A stretch of DNA of 52,690 nucleotides from a virus. Taxonomy: Duplodnaviria > Caudoviricetes. The stretch spans positions 1-52,690 of the IMG/VR virus record IMGVR_UViG_3300031237_000006; one strand, 5' to 3'. The stretch's first letter is position 1. Each line of letters starts with the position of its first letter. Below are positions 17,427-26,670 of the stretch, piece after piece. The notes beneath the pieces are model-generated. The model was not told where the DNA came from and searched no databases. It saw only the letters and a program-made list of their open reading frames with translations. The translations under genes were made by a program, and so were the position numbers.

Positions 17427-18415
17427 TAGCTCTCCTGAGGTCCCATTGCCATGACGTAGACTTGATCTGCATCAATCGCTGTGCCTGTTGCTGCGGCAGC
17501 CGTATGAATAATTGTCGAGGTGGAGGACATGCCTCCCTGCTGTACAGAGGCAATCATCAACCCTGGCCCTGTCGATTGCATTGCTGTCGCCATAACGAGG
17601 TATGCTGATGCTTGCTGGAACGGTCGAGACCAAGTGATCGTATATTGCCCATTAGAATCACGGACTACGGAACTGACGCCAAAAGATGCGTAAATAGATG
17701 CGCCGACTTTTCCTCGGAACGTGACCCACGCGCTCGGAACGTTCTCTTTGTACAGCGCATGACGCTGCGGAGGAGACATGACACTGGCCGGGACAAACGC
17801 CGTCGCGACTGTGACATCGACGGTATCAGCAGAGCCTAGTGTGAGTCGCCCCGTGCCCTTCGTATCAATTGTTAACGGGATATTGGTGTCAGCACCAGCC
17901 ACGTCGATGACGACAGCAGCCGTTGTCTGCGACGGCGTGACCCGAAGGTAGTTTGTCGCGTTGGTATACGCGCTCGCCTGAAGGACGATCCGCCCAGCCG
18001 AGACCAGGTTGACAGTCCCGGCGGTCAAGCTCATCACGCCATCGTCAGGACCACCGAACGCGAGGGCAGGGTAGAACCGCTCATTGATCGAGCCATCACG
18101 CTTGAACTCGACATAGGACGTACCGGTAGTCCGTGCGACAACGCTGAACGCCGTAGCCCCGCCGGCAGTCAGGCTGACTTGATCGGCACCAGGGGATTCA
18201 AGGCCGGTATTCGTATCCCCGGTAAACGCGAGTCCGGGGGATGATGCGGTCCCCCTGGCGAGGTCTACGAGGGAGAACCCGTCGAAGTCCAGATTCTGTG
18301 TTAGCGGGGTTATGAGCGAACCCGCGTTGTCGATCAAATTGTTAAACTCGGCGTTCAGATCGGACGCACTCAGGACTTCCCCTGAGATCCAGTTATGTAC
18401 GCGCGATAGAGCCAC
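17426..18415 (-). CDS. Tail fibre/needle-like protein
   Basis: W..GEVL.ASDLNAEFNNL N-terminus; GTASSPGLAFTGDTNTGL motif; AWVTF...SFGVSSV.....GQYTI C-terminal domain. Confidence 0.75.
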   Translation of the reverse strand: MALSRVHNWISGEVLSASDLNAEFNNLIDNAGSLITPLTQNLDFDGFSLVDLARGTASSPGLAFTGDTNTGLESPGADQVSLTAGGATAFSVVARTTGTSYVEFKRDGSINERFYPALAFGGPDDGVMSLTAGTVNLVSAGRIVLQASAYTNATNYLRVTPSQTTAAVVIDVAGADTNIPLTIDTKGTGRLTLGSADTVDVTVATAFVPASVMSPPQRHALYKENVPSAWVTFRGKVGASIYASFGVSSVVRDSNGQYTITWSRPFQQASAYLVMATAMQSTGPGLMIASVQQGGMSSTSTIIHTAAAATGTAIDADQVYVMAMGPQES

Positions 18416-18424
18416 TACACGCTC

Positions 18425-18625
18425 CTACGAAGGCAAGGATTCGTCAACACCGTGGATCTCCATGAACAATTCGAGGTAATGTGGCTCCATATCCTGACTC
18501 GAAGAACTCTGATACCAGCGGAGCTGGAGATCCCTGAAATCCCCGTTCATCCTGAATGGAATGGTCCGATACTGGCCACCACCGAGAGTACCGAGCGTCG
18601 AGTTATCGAGGGTAAATGTGCCCAC
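18425..18625 (-). CDS. Apparent C-terminal fragment of the nozzle protein
   Basis: Starts at TAGTG overlap; GTFTLDNSTLG...G.FR.LQLRW resembles a nozzle C-terminus. Confidence 0.55.
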   Translation of the reverse strand: MGTFTLDNSTLGTLGGGQYRTIPFRMNGDFRDLQLRWYQSSSSQDMEPHYLELFMEIHGVDESLPS

Positions 18626-20034
18626 TAGGCGAGCGTGTTACCGCCTCCCTGTGAAATTGTCTGAGTCTGTGCGGCACTAGTATCTCGGGTATACTCGAAC
18701 GAGAAGTTGTAATTGCCCTTCGGACGAAGCGACCAGAACCCCGCATGAGCGCCCTTCTTGATTGCACTCGACCCGAAGTTCAGGAACGGTGTCTGCACGT
18801 CTCCGGTATACGCAGTCCCGCCAGCGATGCTACGGTCCGATACGTCAAGCTGATGCACATATCCGCCGCTTGTCCCGGCGAAGAGCTTGTGTCTCCGGCC
18901 GAGGATCTGCATCACCGCGAGACAGTTGGCGTTGACGTAGTTAGTATTGACGCCCCAGGACGCCCAGCGTCCAGGCTGGAAGCGGTAGTCATAGACGAGG
19001 TAGACAGACTTGGTAGTAGTGCCAGCAGGGGCGAAGGACCAAACCGCCTGGCCTTTGGCCTGGTAGTTGACACCCCAGCACTGGTTCAGGACGGTATGGT
19101 TCAGCGAGTCCTGGTAGTAGCTCAGGATAGGCCGTGCCAGGAACGCTTCAACGTAGTCACCGAATGCGGCTGTCGCGGCGAGAGAATGGAGCCCTCTGGG
19201 GCTGGGGAATACCAGGTCATCGTTGATCCTGAAGACCCCGTTATGGTTGACTGCGCCTACGCCGGTCACGAACGGTACTCGGGCGAAAGCATCACTCCCG
19301 CTTGCTGCTGACCCAGTAATCCGGTGGACGCTGAGCCTGTTCGGTCCCTTGGTGACGATCAGTTCATTCTTGTGGCTCGTGATACTCGTGATCCTGTCAC
19401 CGTCGTCAGGGTCGATGTCGATCGAGCCACTGCCGCCACCGGACCATGTAGTCGGGTCCAGGGTGTCGCTGAAGTAGAGCCGAGAGGGATTGGCTGCTAC
19501 CCCTGCCGCCCAGAGCAGGTTCTTGTGCTTGACCATGAACGCGAAGTTCGGAGCCCCAGCCCCGAGGTCGCTGGTCGATCCTGCTGAGCCATCCCATTGC
19601 TGAGGGACATCGACGTTGCTCGTCGACGCCCAGATCATCTTCGCGGTAAACGTCTCGAAGCATGGCTCCTTCGCGGTCTCCAGGCCCGTCTTGATGGCTG
19701 ACCATGTTCCGCTCAGGCTGGTCGACCTGAGGAGCTGAGTCCCCGCGTTGGCGATGTAGTTCTGTGTCTCCGAGCCTGCGGTGCCCTGGAGCCAGAAGTC
19801 GTAGAGCCCCTGGACACTGACCGCCGAGCCTGATTCGTCGAGCCTGGGACCGTACAGCGTGCTTCCGCCAACCTTGTGAGGTGCCCCGTCAAGCTCGTAA
19901 AAGACGTTATCCGACCTGAGCAGGAAGGGGACGTTGAGCGCATTGCCTTGTGGCGCTCCTGTGTAGACTGGGCCGAAGTCAGTTGCCCAGCCGCCACCGA
20001 TGGTGATGATGACCTTGCTTAAGCGGTCACTCAT
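18625..20034 (-). CDS. Tail nozzle (P22 gp10/T7 gp12-like beta-propeller)
   Basis: HKNLLWAAG, RLYFSD..DP..W, DGDRIT, GVGAV, LVYDY propeller motifs; synteny. Confidence 0.75.
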   Translation of the reverse strand: MSDRLSKVIITIGGGWATDFGPVYTGAPQGNALNVPFLLRSDNVFYELDGAPHKVGGSTLYGPRLDESGSAVSVQGLYDFWLQGTAGSETQNYIANAGTQLLRSTSLSGTWSAIKTGLETAKEPCFETFTAKMIWASTSNVDVPQQWDGSAGSTSDLGAGAPNFAFMVKHKNLLWAAGVAANPSRLYFSDTLDPTTWSGGGSGSIDIDPDDGDRITSITSHKNELIVTKGPNRLSVHRITGSAASGSDAFARVPFVTGVGAVNHNGVFRINDDLVFPSPRGLHSLAATAAFGDYVEAFLARPILSYYQDSLNHTVLNQCWGVNYQAKGQAVWSFAPAGTTTKSVYLVYDYRFQPGRWASWGVNTNYVNANCLAVMQILGRRHKLFAGTSGGYVHQLDVSDRSIAGGTAYTGDVQTPFLNFGSSAIKKGAHAGFWSLRPKGNYNFSFEYTRDTSAAQTQTISQGGGNTLA

Positions 20035-20248
20035 CTTCCCCGTTTACCTCGAATCCTAGGATGAACATTCGCCCGATGACATGCTTCTGTGAGTCCCAGA
20101 ACTCTTCCTGGGCGTCCATAACGCTTTCAACTTCGGCATGACTCAGCCCGGTCCGTTCGCAGAGATATGGGATCAGGACCGCGCTCAGGCGCTCGACTTC
20201 TCGTTTCAGATCACCGTCATGCACCCCGTCACTCACGTCGTCATTCAC
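20027..20248 (-). CDS. Hypothetical protein
   Basis: Fills the gap between adaptor and nozzle; start uncertain. Confidence 0.45.
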   Translation of the reverse strand: MNDDVSDGVHDGDLKREVERLSAVLIPYLCERTGLSHAEVESVMDAQEEFWDSQKHVIGRMFILGFEVNGEDE

Positions 20249-21281
20249 GGAACGAATTCCAGGCATCCGGGTTGGTCGTAAACCGTGACCCTGAGCCACG
20301 AGCGAAGAAGTACGGCTTGGTCGTCCTGGCCGGAATGATCCTCGGGTAATCTCGTTGTGGGTTCGAGTCTCCAGCTGCCCGCTTCACGCCGTCGGTGTAC
20401 TCGGTGTACGCTTCCTGTGACCGCTGGTCGTCTTTCTGGTCTCGATACCAGATAAAGCTGGCGTAACTGAGCAGGATATGCCGGTATCTGACTGGGATGA
20501 TCGGCTCATCAGCATCAGCGCTCATCTCGGTCTGCCCTACGCCAGCACTAGACACGGCTAGGTTCCGAGTCATGTACCGATACGGGATCGAGTACGCTTG
20601 GTCCGGGTGAGGGTAGAAGACGACCCTCGGGCGCCAGTCAGCGCTCCCTGACGGCCCGAGTTCTATCAACGTGCAACACTGCGGCGCATCGGCACGGATC
20701 GCATTTCTCGGGATCTTCCGGTAGAACTCGGCTGCGCCGAGAACCGGGATGTGCATTACGTCGCTGAACTGCCGAATATCGACAAGCCGGAAGAAGTCAG
20801 ACGCGAGCGCGTATTCGTCTTCGTAGTACCGATAACTGCCGTAAGCCAGGGCATAGGTCGAGGCGACATCAATGTCCTGGGTATACCGGGAACTGAGAGT
20901 TATTGACGTATCTGACCCGACCGACGAGACGGTGTAGACCTCTCCGCCGGTCGAGATATAGACCTTCCCGCCAGCGTTCGCGTTATTGAATCCCATCCCG
21001 CTGACAGCAGTATTCCAGAGCGTATTACTGCCTTCGAGCGTAGTCCGGCTCGTTGAGGCGATAGAGACAGAGCCGGTCGTATAGGGCGGCCGGGTGATCA
21101 ACGTCGCCGTCCGCTCTGCCCACGGCCAGTTCTGCTGGATATGGATGTCGTGGAGTGCGATGTTCAGGTAGCGCTTTGCAATTTGCTCTGATGCCCCGCT
21201 CGCGGTACTATCTGCTCGCATCCGGACGAGCAAATCACCAAATAATTCAGCAAATGTAGTAGGTTGACCAGTGGTAGCCAT
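20241..21281 (-). CDS. Head-tail adaptor (tail tubular A-like) with inserted beta domain
   Basis: TFAEL, YLN.A..DI....WPW, YALASDF, YP.PD..YSI, D.PIIP..Y.HIL. Confidence 0.8.
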   Translation of the reverse strand: MATTGQPTTFAELFGDLLVRMRADSTASGASEQIAKRYLNIALHDIHIQQNWPWAERTATLITRPPYTTGSVSIASTSRTTLEGSNTLWNTAVSGMGFNNANAGGKVYISTGGEVYTVSSVGSDTSITLSSRYTQDIDVASTYALAYGSYRYYEDEYALASDFFRLVDIRQFSDVMHIPVLGAAEFYRKIPRNAIRADAPQCCTLIELGPSGSADWRPRVVFYPHPDQAYSIPYRYMTRNLAVSSAGVGQTEMSADADEPIIPVRYRHILLSYASFIWYRDQKDDQRSQEAYTEYTDGVKRAAGDSNPQRDYPRIIPARTTKPYFFARGSGSRFTTNPDAWNSFRE

Positions 21282-21296
21282 GGTATATTACTTGAT

Positions 21297-21716
21297 ATGA
21301 AGAGAATGGCCTGGCATGATGCCAAGTGGCTCGCTGGAGTGCTTGATTGCGAGGGTTGGATTGGAATGGTCCGTGTCTCGCACGCCAATAACCCCAAGTG
21401 GTCTACCTATTACTGCGGAGTCACAGTAGGCAACACAAATAGACGCCTTATCACTCGGCTCATACGAATGACTGGTGTGGGCGTATATAGTCGTTTCGAC
21501 ACCAAGGATGGCGTGAGAAAAGTTCGCCATGCTTGGGATGTTAGACGCCGTCAGGAGGTTCGGGATATCCTGACGGCAGTTCGTCCGTATCTTCTGTTGA
21601 AGCGACAACAGGCTAATCTTATTTTGTCCCTTCCCTCTGGTTTCAAGCATGTGCCTGCGCTCCGAAAGAAGGTCCATGAGCAATTACGCCTTCTGAACAA
21701 GAAGGGGATTGCTTAG
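21297..21716 (+). mobile_element. Free-standing single-motif LAGLIDADG homing endonuclease, antisense to the late operon
   Basis: WLAGVLDCEGWI, V.NT, IL..VRPYL..KRQQA. Confidence 0.88.
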
Positions 21717-21737
21717 TCGGCTGGCCGTATGTGGACA

Positions 21738-22094
21738 CTAGGCGTCCTTCTCGTCCCCGTACTCACAGCCGGTAGGATAGAGACGCTTCGCCTGCTCGAC
21801 TGGGAGCACGCGCTTGACCGTGATCCTGCCGCCAGCTTGACCGACTGTCAGGTACGCCCAGTCTGGAGTTCCGGTCGAATCCAGATGAATGAATAGATCT
21901 CGCTCAGGCCACGAGATGACCCGCCACTCGGGGCCAATCTGTGCCAACTGGCCGCCGTTCTCACAGACGGTCACGATCTGGCTGGTCAGGGTGGCATCGG
22001 TATAAGTCCGAAACGGGAACGGTGGTGCTGAGGCTGCCATGACAGGGGCAACCATCAGCATAAGACTCAATGAGATGAGAAGCAGTCGCTTCAT
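21738..22094 (-). CDS. Secreted protein with signal peptide
   Basis: MKRLLLISLSLMLMVAPVMA; two Cys. Confidence 0.65.
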   Translation of the reverse strand: MKRLLLISLSLMLMVAPVMAASAPPFPFRTYTDATLTSQIVTVCENGGQLAQIGPEWRVISWPERDLFIHLDSTGTPDWAYLTVGQAGGRITVKRVLPVEQAKRLYPTGCEYGDEKDA

Positions 22095-22405
22095 TTATTC
22101 CACGCTTTCTGCCCGAACCATTTGACGCCCACCCAGCGCCACCAGCTCATCGGGCTTATGACACCAAAGACAGAACGAGACTGGATGACTTGACGGAATC
22201 TGGCGTCAGCTTCAGACTTGAAGATCGGCTCCCCGTCGAGCCATTGATGGGTTCTGTAATGGCAGTCATGTTCGAGGCAGGCATCGAGGTAGAAGTCTGG
22301 GACGCCTGAGCAGCCGTCAGCCTCAAGCTTCTTTGCGCGGACTCGAACGTGCAGCCAGTAACTATCCTCGGGAGGAGGAACAGACTTCTTCCAGTACGGT
22401 GCCAC
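22091..22405 (-). CDS. Prokaryotic phospholipase A2-like (DUF1353-type) protein
   Basis: DGCSG, ACLEHD.HY, K.EAD.RF, W.GV..FG. Confidence 0.7.
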   Translation of the reverse strand: MAPYWKKSVPPPEDSYWLHVRVRAKKLEADGCSGVPDFYLDACLEHDCHYRTHQWLDGEPIFKSEADARFRQVIQSRSVFGVISPMSWWRWVGVKWFGQKAWNK

Positions 22406-22518
22406 TTACTTGAGCGCACCTCCGAAGCGAGACTTCAGGATCGAGATGACTTCAAGCCCGGCGGCAAGGTCGCCGTTGTAGGCTTGCCAGCAGAGACGAA
22501 TGAATCGGAAATACGCCA

Positions 22519-22629
22519 CTACGGCAGCAACGCCTTCACATAGCTCGACAGGTCCAGGATGGCGTCAGCCGCCCAGCCGGTCAGGAACGCGATCAACTTG
22601 CCGTAGTGCTTCGCAAACAGGTCAGCCAT
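22519..22629 (-). CDS. Small hydrophobic peptide (36 aa)
   Basis: AAGGAG RBS; MADLFAKHYGKLIAFLTGWAADAILDLSSYVKALLP. Confidence 0.55.
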   Translation of the reverse strand: MADLFAKHYGKLIAFLTGWAADAILDLSSYVKALLP

Positions 22630-22651
22630 GATATATCTCCTTATGGGTTAT

Positions 22652-23170
22652 TTACGACGCCTGCACGGTACCGACGCGCAGGTACAGGTAACCAGCAGTC
22701 CCAGTGGACTTGGCTGTAGCACTCTGATTCAGTAGATTGACGTGAAGCTGGCCGAGGCCGTCCGCGTCTTCATACGGGATGCTCAGGCCATCGACAAACC
22801 AGGCGAACATGGTCCCGTATGCCGTAGCGACGGCGAACCGTCCACCGGGCCAGCTCGCCGGGAGATTGTCGGTCGTGCCGAGCAGGTTGACATATCCGAT
22901 CAGGTTGGGAGGAAAGTACGTCGCCGTATTGACCGTCTTGCTCAGCGTGCGCTTATGGAACTCGACTCGCCAGTCAAGATCCTGGGCAGCGATGGCTTCA
23001 ATCGTCGTGATGAAGCTTTTGATCGGCCCGCCACTCGCCCCCTCATTCGCAGACTGGCTGGCTCCACCGACAGTCAGATCGGCGAAGTCACTCGCGCTCG
23101 GAACAATCGCATCTGTGAAGTCGGTCGTCGCGGATTCAAAACTGAAATGTGATTCGGAAATCTGAGCCAC
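22652..23170 (-). CDS. Hypothetical virion protein (beta-sandwich-like)
   Basis: AAGGAG RBS; IPYEDADGLGQLHVNL. Confidence 0.65.
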   Translation of the reverse strand: MAQISESHFSFESATTDFTDAIVPSASDFADLTVGGASQSANEGASGGPIKSFITTIEAIAAQDLDWRVEFHKRTLSKTVNTATYFPPNLIGYVNLLGTTDNLPASWPGGRFAVATAYGTMFAWFVDGLSIPYEDADGLGQLHVNLLNQSATAKSTGTAGYLYLRVGTVQAS

Positions 23171-23191
23171 TCGTCTATCTCCTTATGTGAT

Positions 23192-23824
23192 CTATCTACC
23201 TACAAAGAATCCGCGTCCGATACCGCGTCCGAAATGCTGCTGAACAACATCGCCACCCTGGAGCGTCAGGCGGAAGTGGGCGAGGCCGTTGTATTTAGTT
23301 GTGCCCAACGCCGATGTGACAACATGCACCGTCGTGGTGGCGAATGCTTGCGTCACTGTCGCGCCCGTCCAAGTTGTGGTGGCTGTGACATTGGTCACCG
23401 TAGCATCGCGGAAATGGTCATCGCCGTCAGCGAATCCGGCCCCACCATTTGTGGCATCAATCACGGTCGTCGTATCGTCTTTGATGACGCCGGCCGCGTA
23501 GTCCACACCGCCGCCGCCTTCTCGGCCAAACGCGACATCGACCGTATAGGTTCCTGCCCCTGGAGCCGATCCGCTACTGAGATCAATTTGAAAATCTATG
23601 CCTACCGAGGGGGTCCCTCGGACGCGCCCGGCGATTCTCGGGTCATTGCCCACAAGGAGGTTTGACGCATCATCGGGGGTCGCGGTCCACCCTGCGTTGA
23701 GTGACAAACCGTTTCCATTGGTATAGGTGTTCGGATAGACTTCGGTACTCGCAAAGCAGGCGTAGGCGGGGTCCGTGACAAACACGCTCGTGGCGCGGAA
23801 ATCCCACGCGAGGTCGAACGCCAT
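23192..23824 (-). CDS. Hypothetical virion protein
   Basis: Thr/Gly-rich beta protein; C-terminal FGRGIGRG. Confidence 0.65.
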   Translation of the reverse strand: MAFDLAWDFRATSVFVTDPAYACFASTEVYPNTYTNGNGLSLNAGWTATPDDASNLLVGNDPRIAGRVRGTPSVGIDFQIDLSSGSAPGAGTYTVDVAFGREGGGGVDYAAGVIKDDTTTVIDATNGGAGFADGDDHFRDATVTNVTATTTWTGATVTQAFATTTVHVVTSALGTTKYNGLAHFRLTLQGGDVVQQHFGRGIGRGFFVGR

Positions 23825-23826
23825 GG

Positions 23827-24228
23827 CTAGAAGGCCAGCATCGCCTCTTCAACATTCGCGAGGACCGCTGCCACTCCAGCGTCAAGCTGAGCCTGATTCG
23901 TGATCGTTGCCGTACTCAGATTTGTGGCCCACGTCATCAGGTTGTTATGGACCGCAGTCATATCCCCTGATGCAATTCCAATGGCTGCGGCACCACCAGC
24001 AACCTGTGTAGGATACTTGTCATAAATCGCCTTGTTCATGGCGAGTCGCTGGAGAAACGCATTACCGAGATCCCGGACGGCCTGCTGAGCAGCGGCAAAC
24101 GTTGGAATAGTTCCGGCCGCCACACCCTGCTGAATGATAACGACGTTCTTCCGCATATTGTTCTGCATCGTGGAAAGATTCTGGCAGAGCTGAACAACAC
24201 CAAAGAAGCGATCAATCGTGGTGGGCAT
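23827..24228 (-). CDS. Hypothetical protein
   Basis: ORF in the late operon. Confidence 0.6.
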   Translation of the reverse strand: MPTTIDRFFGVVQLCQNLSTMQNNMRKNVVIIQQGVAAGTIPTFAAAQQAVRDLGNAFLQRLAMNKAIYDKYPTQVAGGAAAIGIASGDMTAVHNNLMTWATNLSTATITNQAQLDAGVAAVLANVEEAMLAF

Positions 24229-24243
24229 CGAGTCGTGTTGCCC

Positions 24244-24768
24244 CTAGCTCTGCATGCTCCGCAAGGCCATTTCGATGGCGAGACCGAAGTCTCGCTTATG
24301 TGTCCCCGGGAATTCCTTAATGAGTTGGGCATAGGTCTGGTGCCGCTTCGCTTCCCCACCCATCCCATCAGGATAGGGAGCCTGAACCAGTTCCTTCGTC
24401 CGTACCAGCACGTCAGGATTGATCTGAGTCTTCTCTAGCTTGCTAACAAGAAGATCGTTCAGATTCGACACCTTCTGCTCAAGCTCACGGATCGTACTAT
24501 TCTGAATATTTGACTCAACAATCAGCGCAGCCTTCTCTTGCTGCGTCTTCGCACACGTCGGGCAGGGAGGAGGCTCCAAGAAAATCTGAGGCCGCTCAGT
24601 CAGTTCGGCTTCTTTCTGAGCCAAGAGCGATGCCTGTTTCCCGACTGTTTCCTGAAGGCTCGCCAGGTTACGCTGTATAGTCGGACATGTCGGACACGGA
24701 GCCGGAGGCTTCTCCTGCCATCCACCCTGACGCGCAAGCCACAAACCGAGTGATTCAGTCCAGCTCAT
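24244..24768 (-). CDS. Coiled-coil protein with two CPTC motifs
   Basis: AGGAGG RBS; PPxCPTC occurs twice. Confidence 0.65.
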   Translation of the reverse strand: MSWTESLGLWLARQGGWQEKPPAPCPTCPTIQRNLASLQETVGKQASLLAQKEAELTERPQIFLEPPPCPTCAKTQQEKAALIVESNIQNSTIRELEQKVSNLNDLLVSKLEKTQINPDVLVRTKELVQAPYPDGMGGEAKRHQTYAQLIKEFPGTHKRDFGLAIEMALRSMQS

Positions 24769-24770
24769 CC

Positions 24771-24944
24771 TTATCCTCCTAGAAGATGGAACAGCACCCA
24801 GACGTGATGTCTGAATCGGCTATACGTATCGAAGTACCGGCGTTGGCGGAGCCTGGCATCAGCGGCACTCGTATCGCCGCCAGCAGCAGCGTTATCTGCT
24901 CCAGCTAACTTCCAGCGTCCAACAGGCCCAAACGCAGTCAGCAT
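24771..24944 (-). CDS. Hypothetical protein (57 aa)
   Basis: TAATG coupling; fills the gap. Confidence 0.45.
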   Translation of the reverse strand: MLTAFGPVGRWKLAGADNAAAGGDTSAADARLRQRRYFDTYSRFRHHVWVLFHLLGG

Positions 24945-25969
24945 TAGGCCGGGTCAATGCTCGTGACAATGGCGGTCACCGCTTCCGTAGCGACTGTCGC
25001 CGTCCACTCAGTCGTGGTATCGTTGTTACTCGTGACTGTCAGCGTCCCGGCAGCAATGCTGACTTTGTTCCTGAGTGCCATCAACGCCTGGCCAACAGTC
25101 CGGCCACCAGACGCTCCACGGGTCAACGTGCGCCCGAGAATGTCATCAGCATAGGTACTGCCGATGGTTGTGATCTTGCCGTCAAGGTAGTCTGTCGCGT
25201 GGTACATCCGCTGCATTACCTTGCCGGCGGTGTTGTCCGTCTGGTGAGCCCCGTAGATGACTTCATCCCAGACGCCATCGGCGATCTCTGCAACCGCATC
25301 CGCAGCAAGCTCTGCTGCTCCGATAGCATCTGTAGCGATCTCGCTGGCTCCGATGGCATTGGCAGCAATAGCAGCGGCGTCAATGGCTCCGGCCGCAAAA
25401 CTTGCCGTCGTGATGGCTCCGGTATCGACCACGTTGACCGTCTGCCCGGTCGCCGGAGCGCTCCTGGTTGAGATGGCAGCATCTACGTACTGAGTAGCAA
25501 AGTACGTCCTGGCCAGGGCCTTCTCGACACTATTATCAGCCATGGACGTGAGTGCAATCGTCTGCTTCACGTCAATCGGCATATACCCGGCGGTAACCGG
25601 CGCGGCAATCGCCGTCCCATTGATCCCGGCGACGTTGGCGTAGGCACTGGCCGTCGTGATGAGGAGATACTGGGTCGCCGCATTCGTGGCGACAAAGCGA
25701 AGCATGACGTAGGGAGACGCCGTCGGCAACTCTGGAGCAGCCAGGAATCCCCCGTAGACTCCAGTGGCGGCGATCTCTGGAAACGCACCACTGAGATTCT
25801 GGAACGCATTCCCCTTGGCTGTTGCACCGCCAGGCGTAGCACCGTCAGCAGTGTCACTCCATGCGATCCAGGTTCCGGTGACCGCTAGACCGGAGAGTGT
25901 CAGTCCACCCGTCGAGATCATCGGGAAGGACACATAGGTACTGGCGTTTGCGACGCGGCGAAGTTCCAT
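24944..25969 (-). CDS. Fibre-like virion protein with Ala-rich 10-aa repeats
   Basis: AITTASFAAG/AIDAAAIAAN/AIGASEIATD/AIGAAELAAD; EIADGVWDE. Confidence 0.7.
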   Translation of the reverse strand: MELRRVANASTYVSFPMISTGGLTLSGLAVTGTWIAWSDTADGATPGGATAKGNAFQNLSGAFPEIAATGVYGGFLAAPELPTASPYVMLRFVATNAATQYLLITTASAYANVAGINGTAIAAPVTAGYMPIDVKQTIALTSMADNSVEKALARTYFATQYVDAAISTRSAPATGQTVNVVDTGAITTASFAAGAIDAAAIAANAIGASEIATDAIGAAELAADAVAEIADGVWDEVIYGAHQTDNTAGKVMQRMYHATDYLDGKITTIGSTYADDILGRTLTRGASGGRTVGQALMALRNKVSIAAGTLTVTSNNDTTTEWTATVATEAVTAIVTSIDPA

Positions 25970-25972
25970 TAT

Positions 25973-26668
25973 TTAGGTCCGAAAAATTCCCAATCCGATT
26001 GGACTGGCAAAAGAAGAACGGGTAGGCGCATCATTGGCATTCCCAAGCGCACCTGTCACAGTGGGATTTGTCGTGACGGTACTTCGAGGCGTTGTCGTCC
26101 CTAGCGTTTCGATATGTTCGATGAGACCTGTAGGATAGATTTCTGGACTGGCTCCAGCCGCAAGATTGGTGACTTGATCCTGCGTGAGCACGATGCTCCA
26201 GAGTCCGAATCGGGACAGCAATCCGTCCCAGCATTTGCTCTGGTCTGCGACACGATTCCCAATCCACCACGCGGATGCTGTCGTATCCACGGTTCCACTC
26301 GGATCGACTCCCTCCTGCGTAACGACCTGACTCACCCCGTCGAGATACATGATGGGATTATTCGTTGTGGCTGTGCCAGCGTACGTAACACAATAATGGT
26401 GCCATTCACCCGCAGTTCCACGAGGGGCTCTCCATGTTCCATCAGCTCCAGACCAAATCCGAAAGAACCTGAAAGCGTCATTTGCTGCCCAGTTTCCAAA
26501 AATTACTCGCTCAGAGGCTGTTTCGCAAAACGCTCCGAATCCATCCCCGCCGTCTCCATTCCGAAATGCCCAGATAGCAATAGACAGGGACGCCGGAGTC
26601 GTCGTATTCGCTGAGACGATTCGGTCGGTCGTCGCCGTTCCGAATGTTGCGTTGAACCCGCGCGACAT
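25973..26668 (-). CDS. LamG/concanavalin A-like lectin domain protein
   Basis: SIAIW, GEWHHYCVTY, MYLDG, IGN, WDG....GLW...LT..QV..L. Confidence 0.85.
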   Translation of the reverse strand: MSRGFNATFGTATTDRIVSANTTTPASLSIAIWAFRNGDGGDGFGAFCETASERVIFGNWAANDAFRFFRIWSGADGTWRAPRGTAGEWHHYCVTYAGTATTNNPIMYLDGVSQVVTQEGVDPSGTVDTTASAWWIGNRVADQSKCWDGLLSRFGLWSIVLTQDQVTNLAAGASPEIYPTGLIEHIETLGTTTPRSTVTTNPTVTGALGNANDAPTRSSFASPIGLGIFRT

Positions 26669-26670
26669 AG

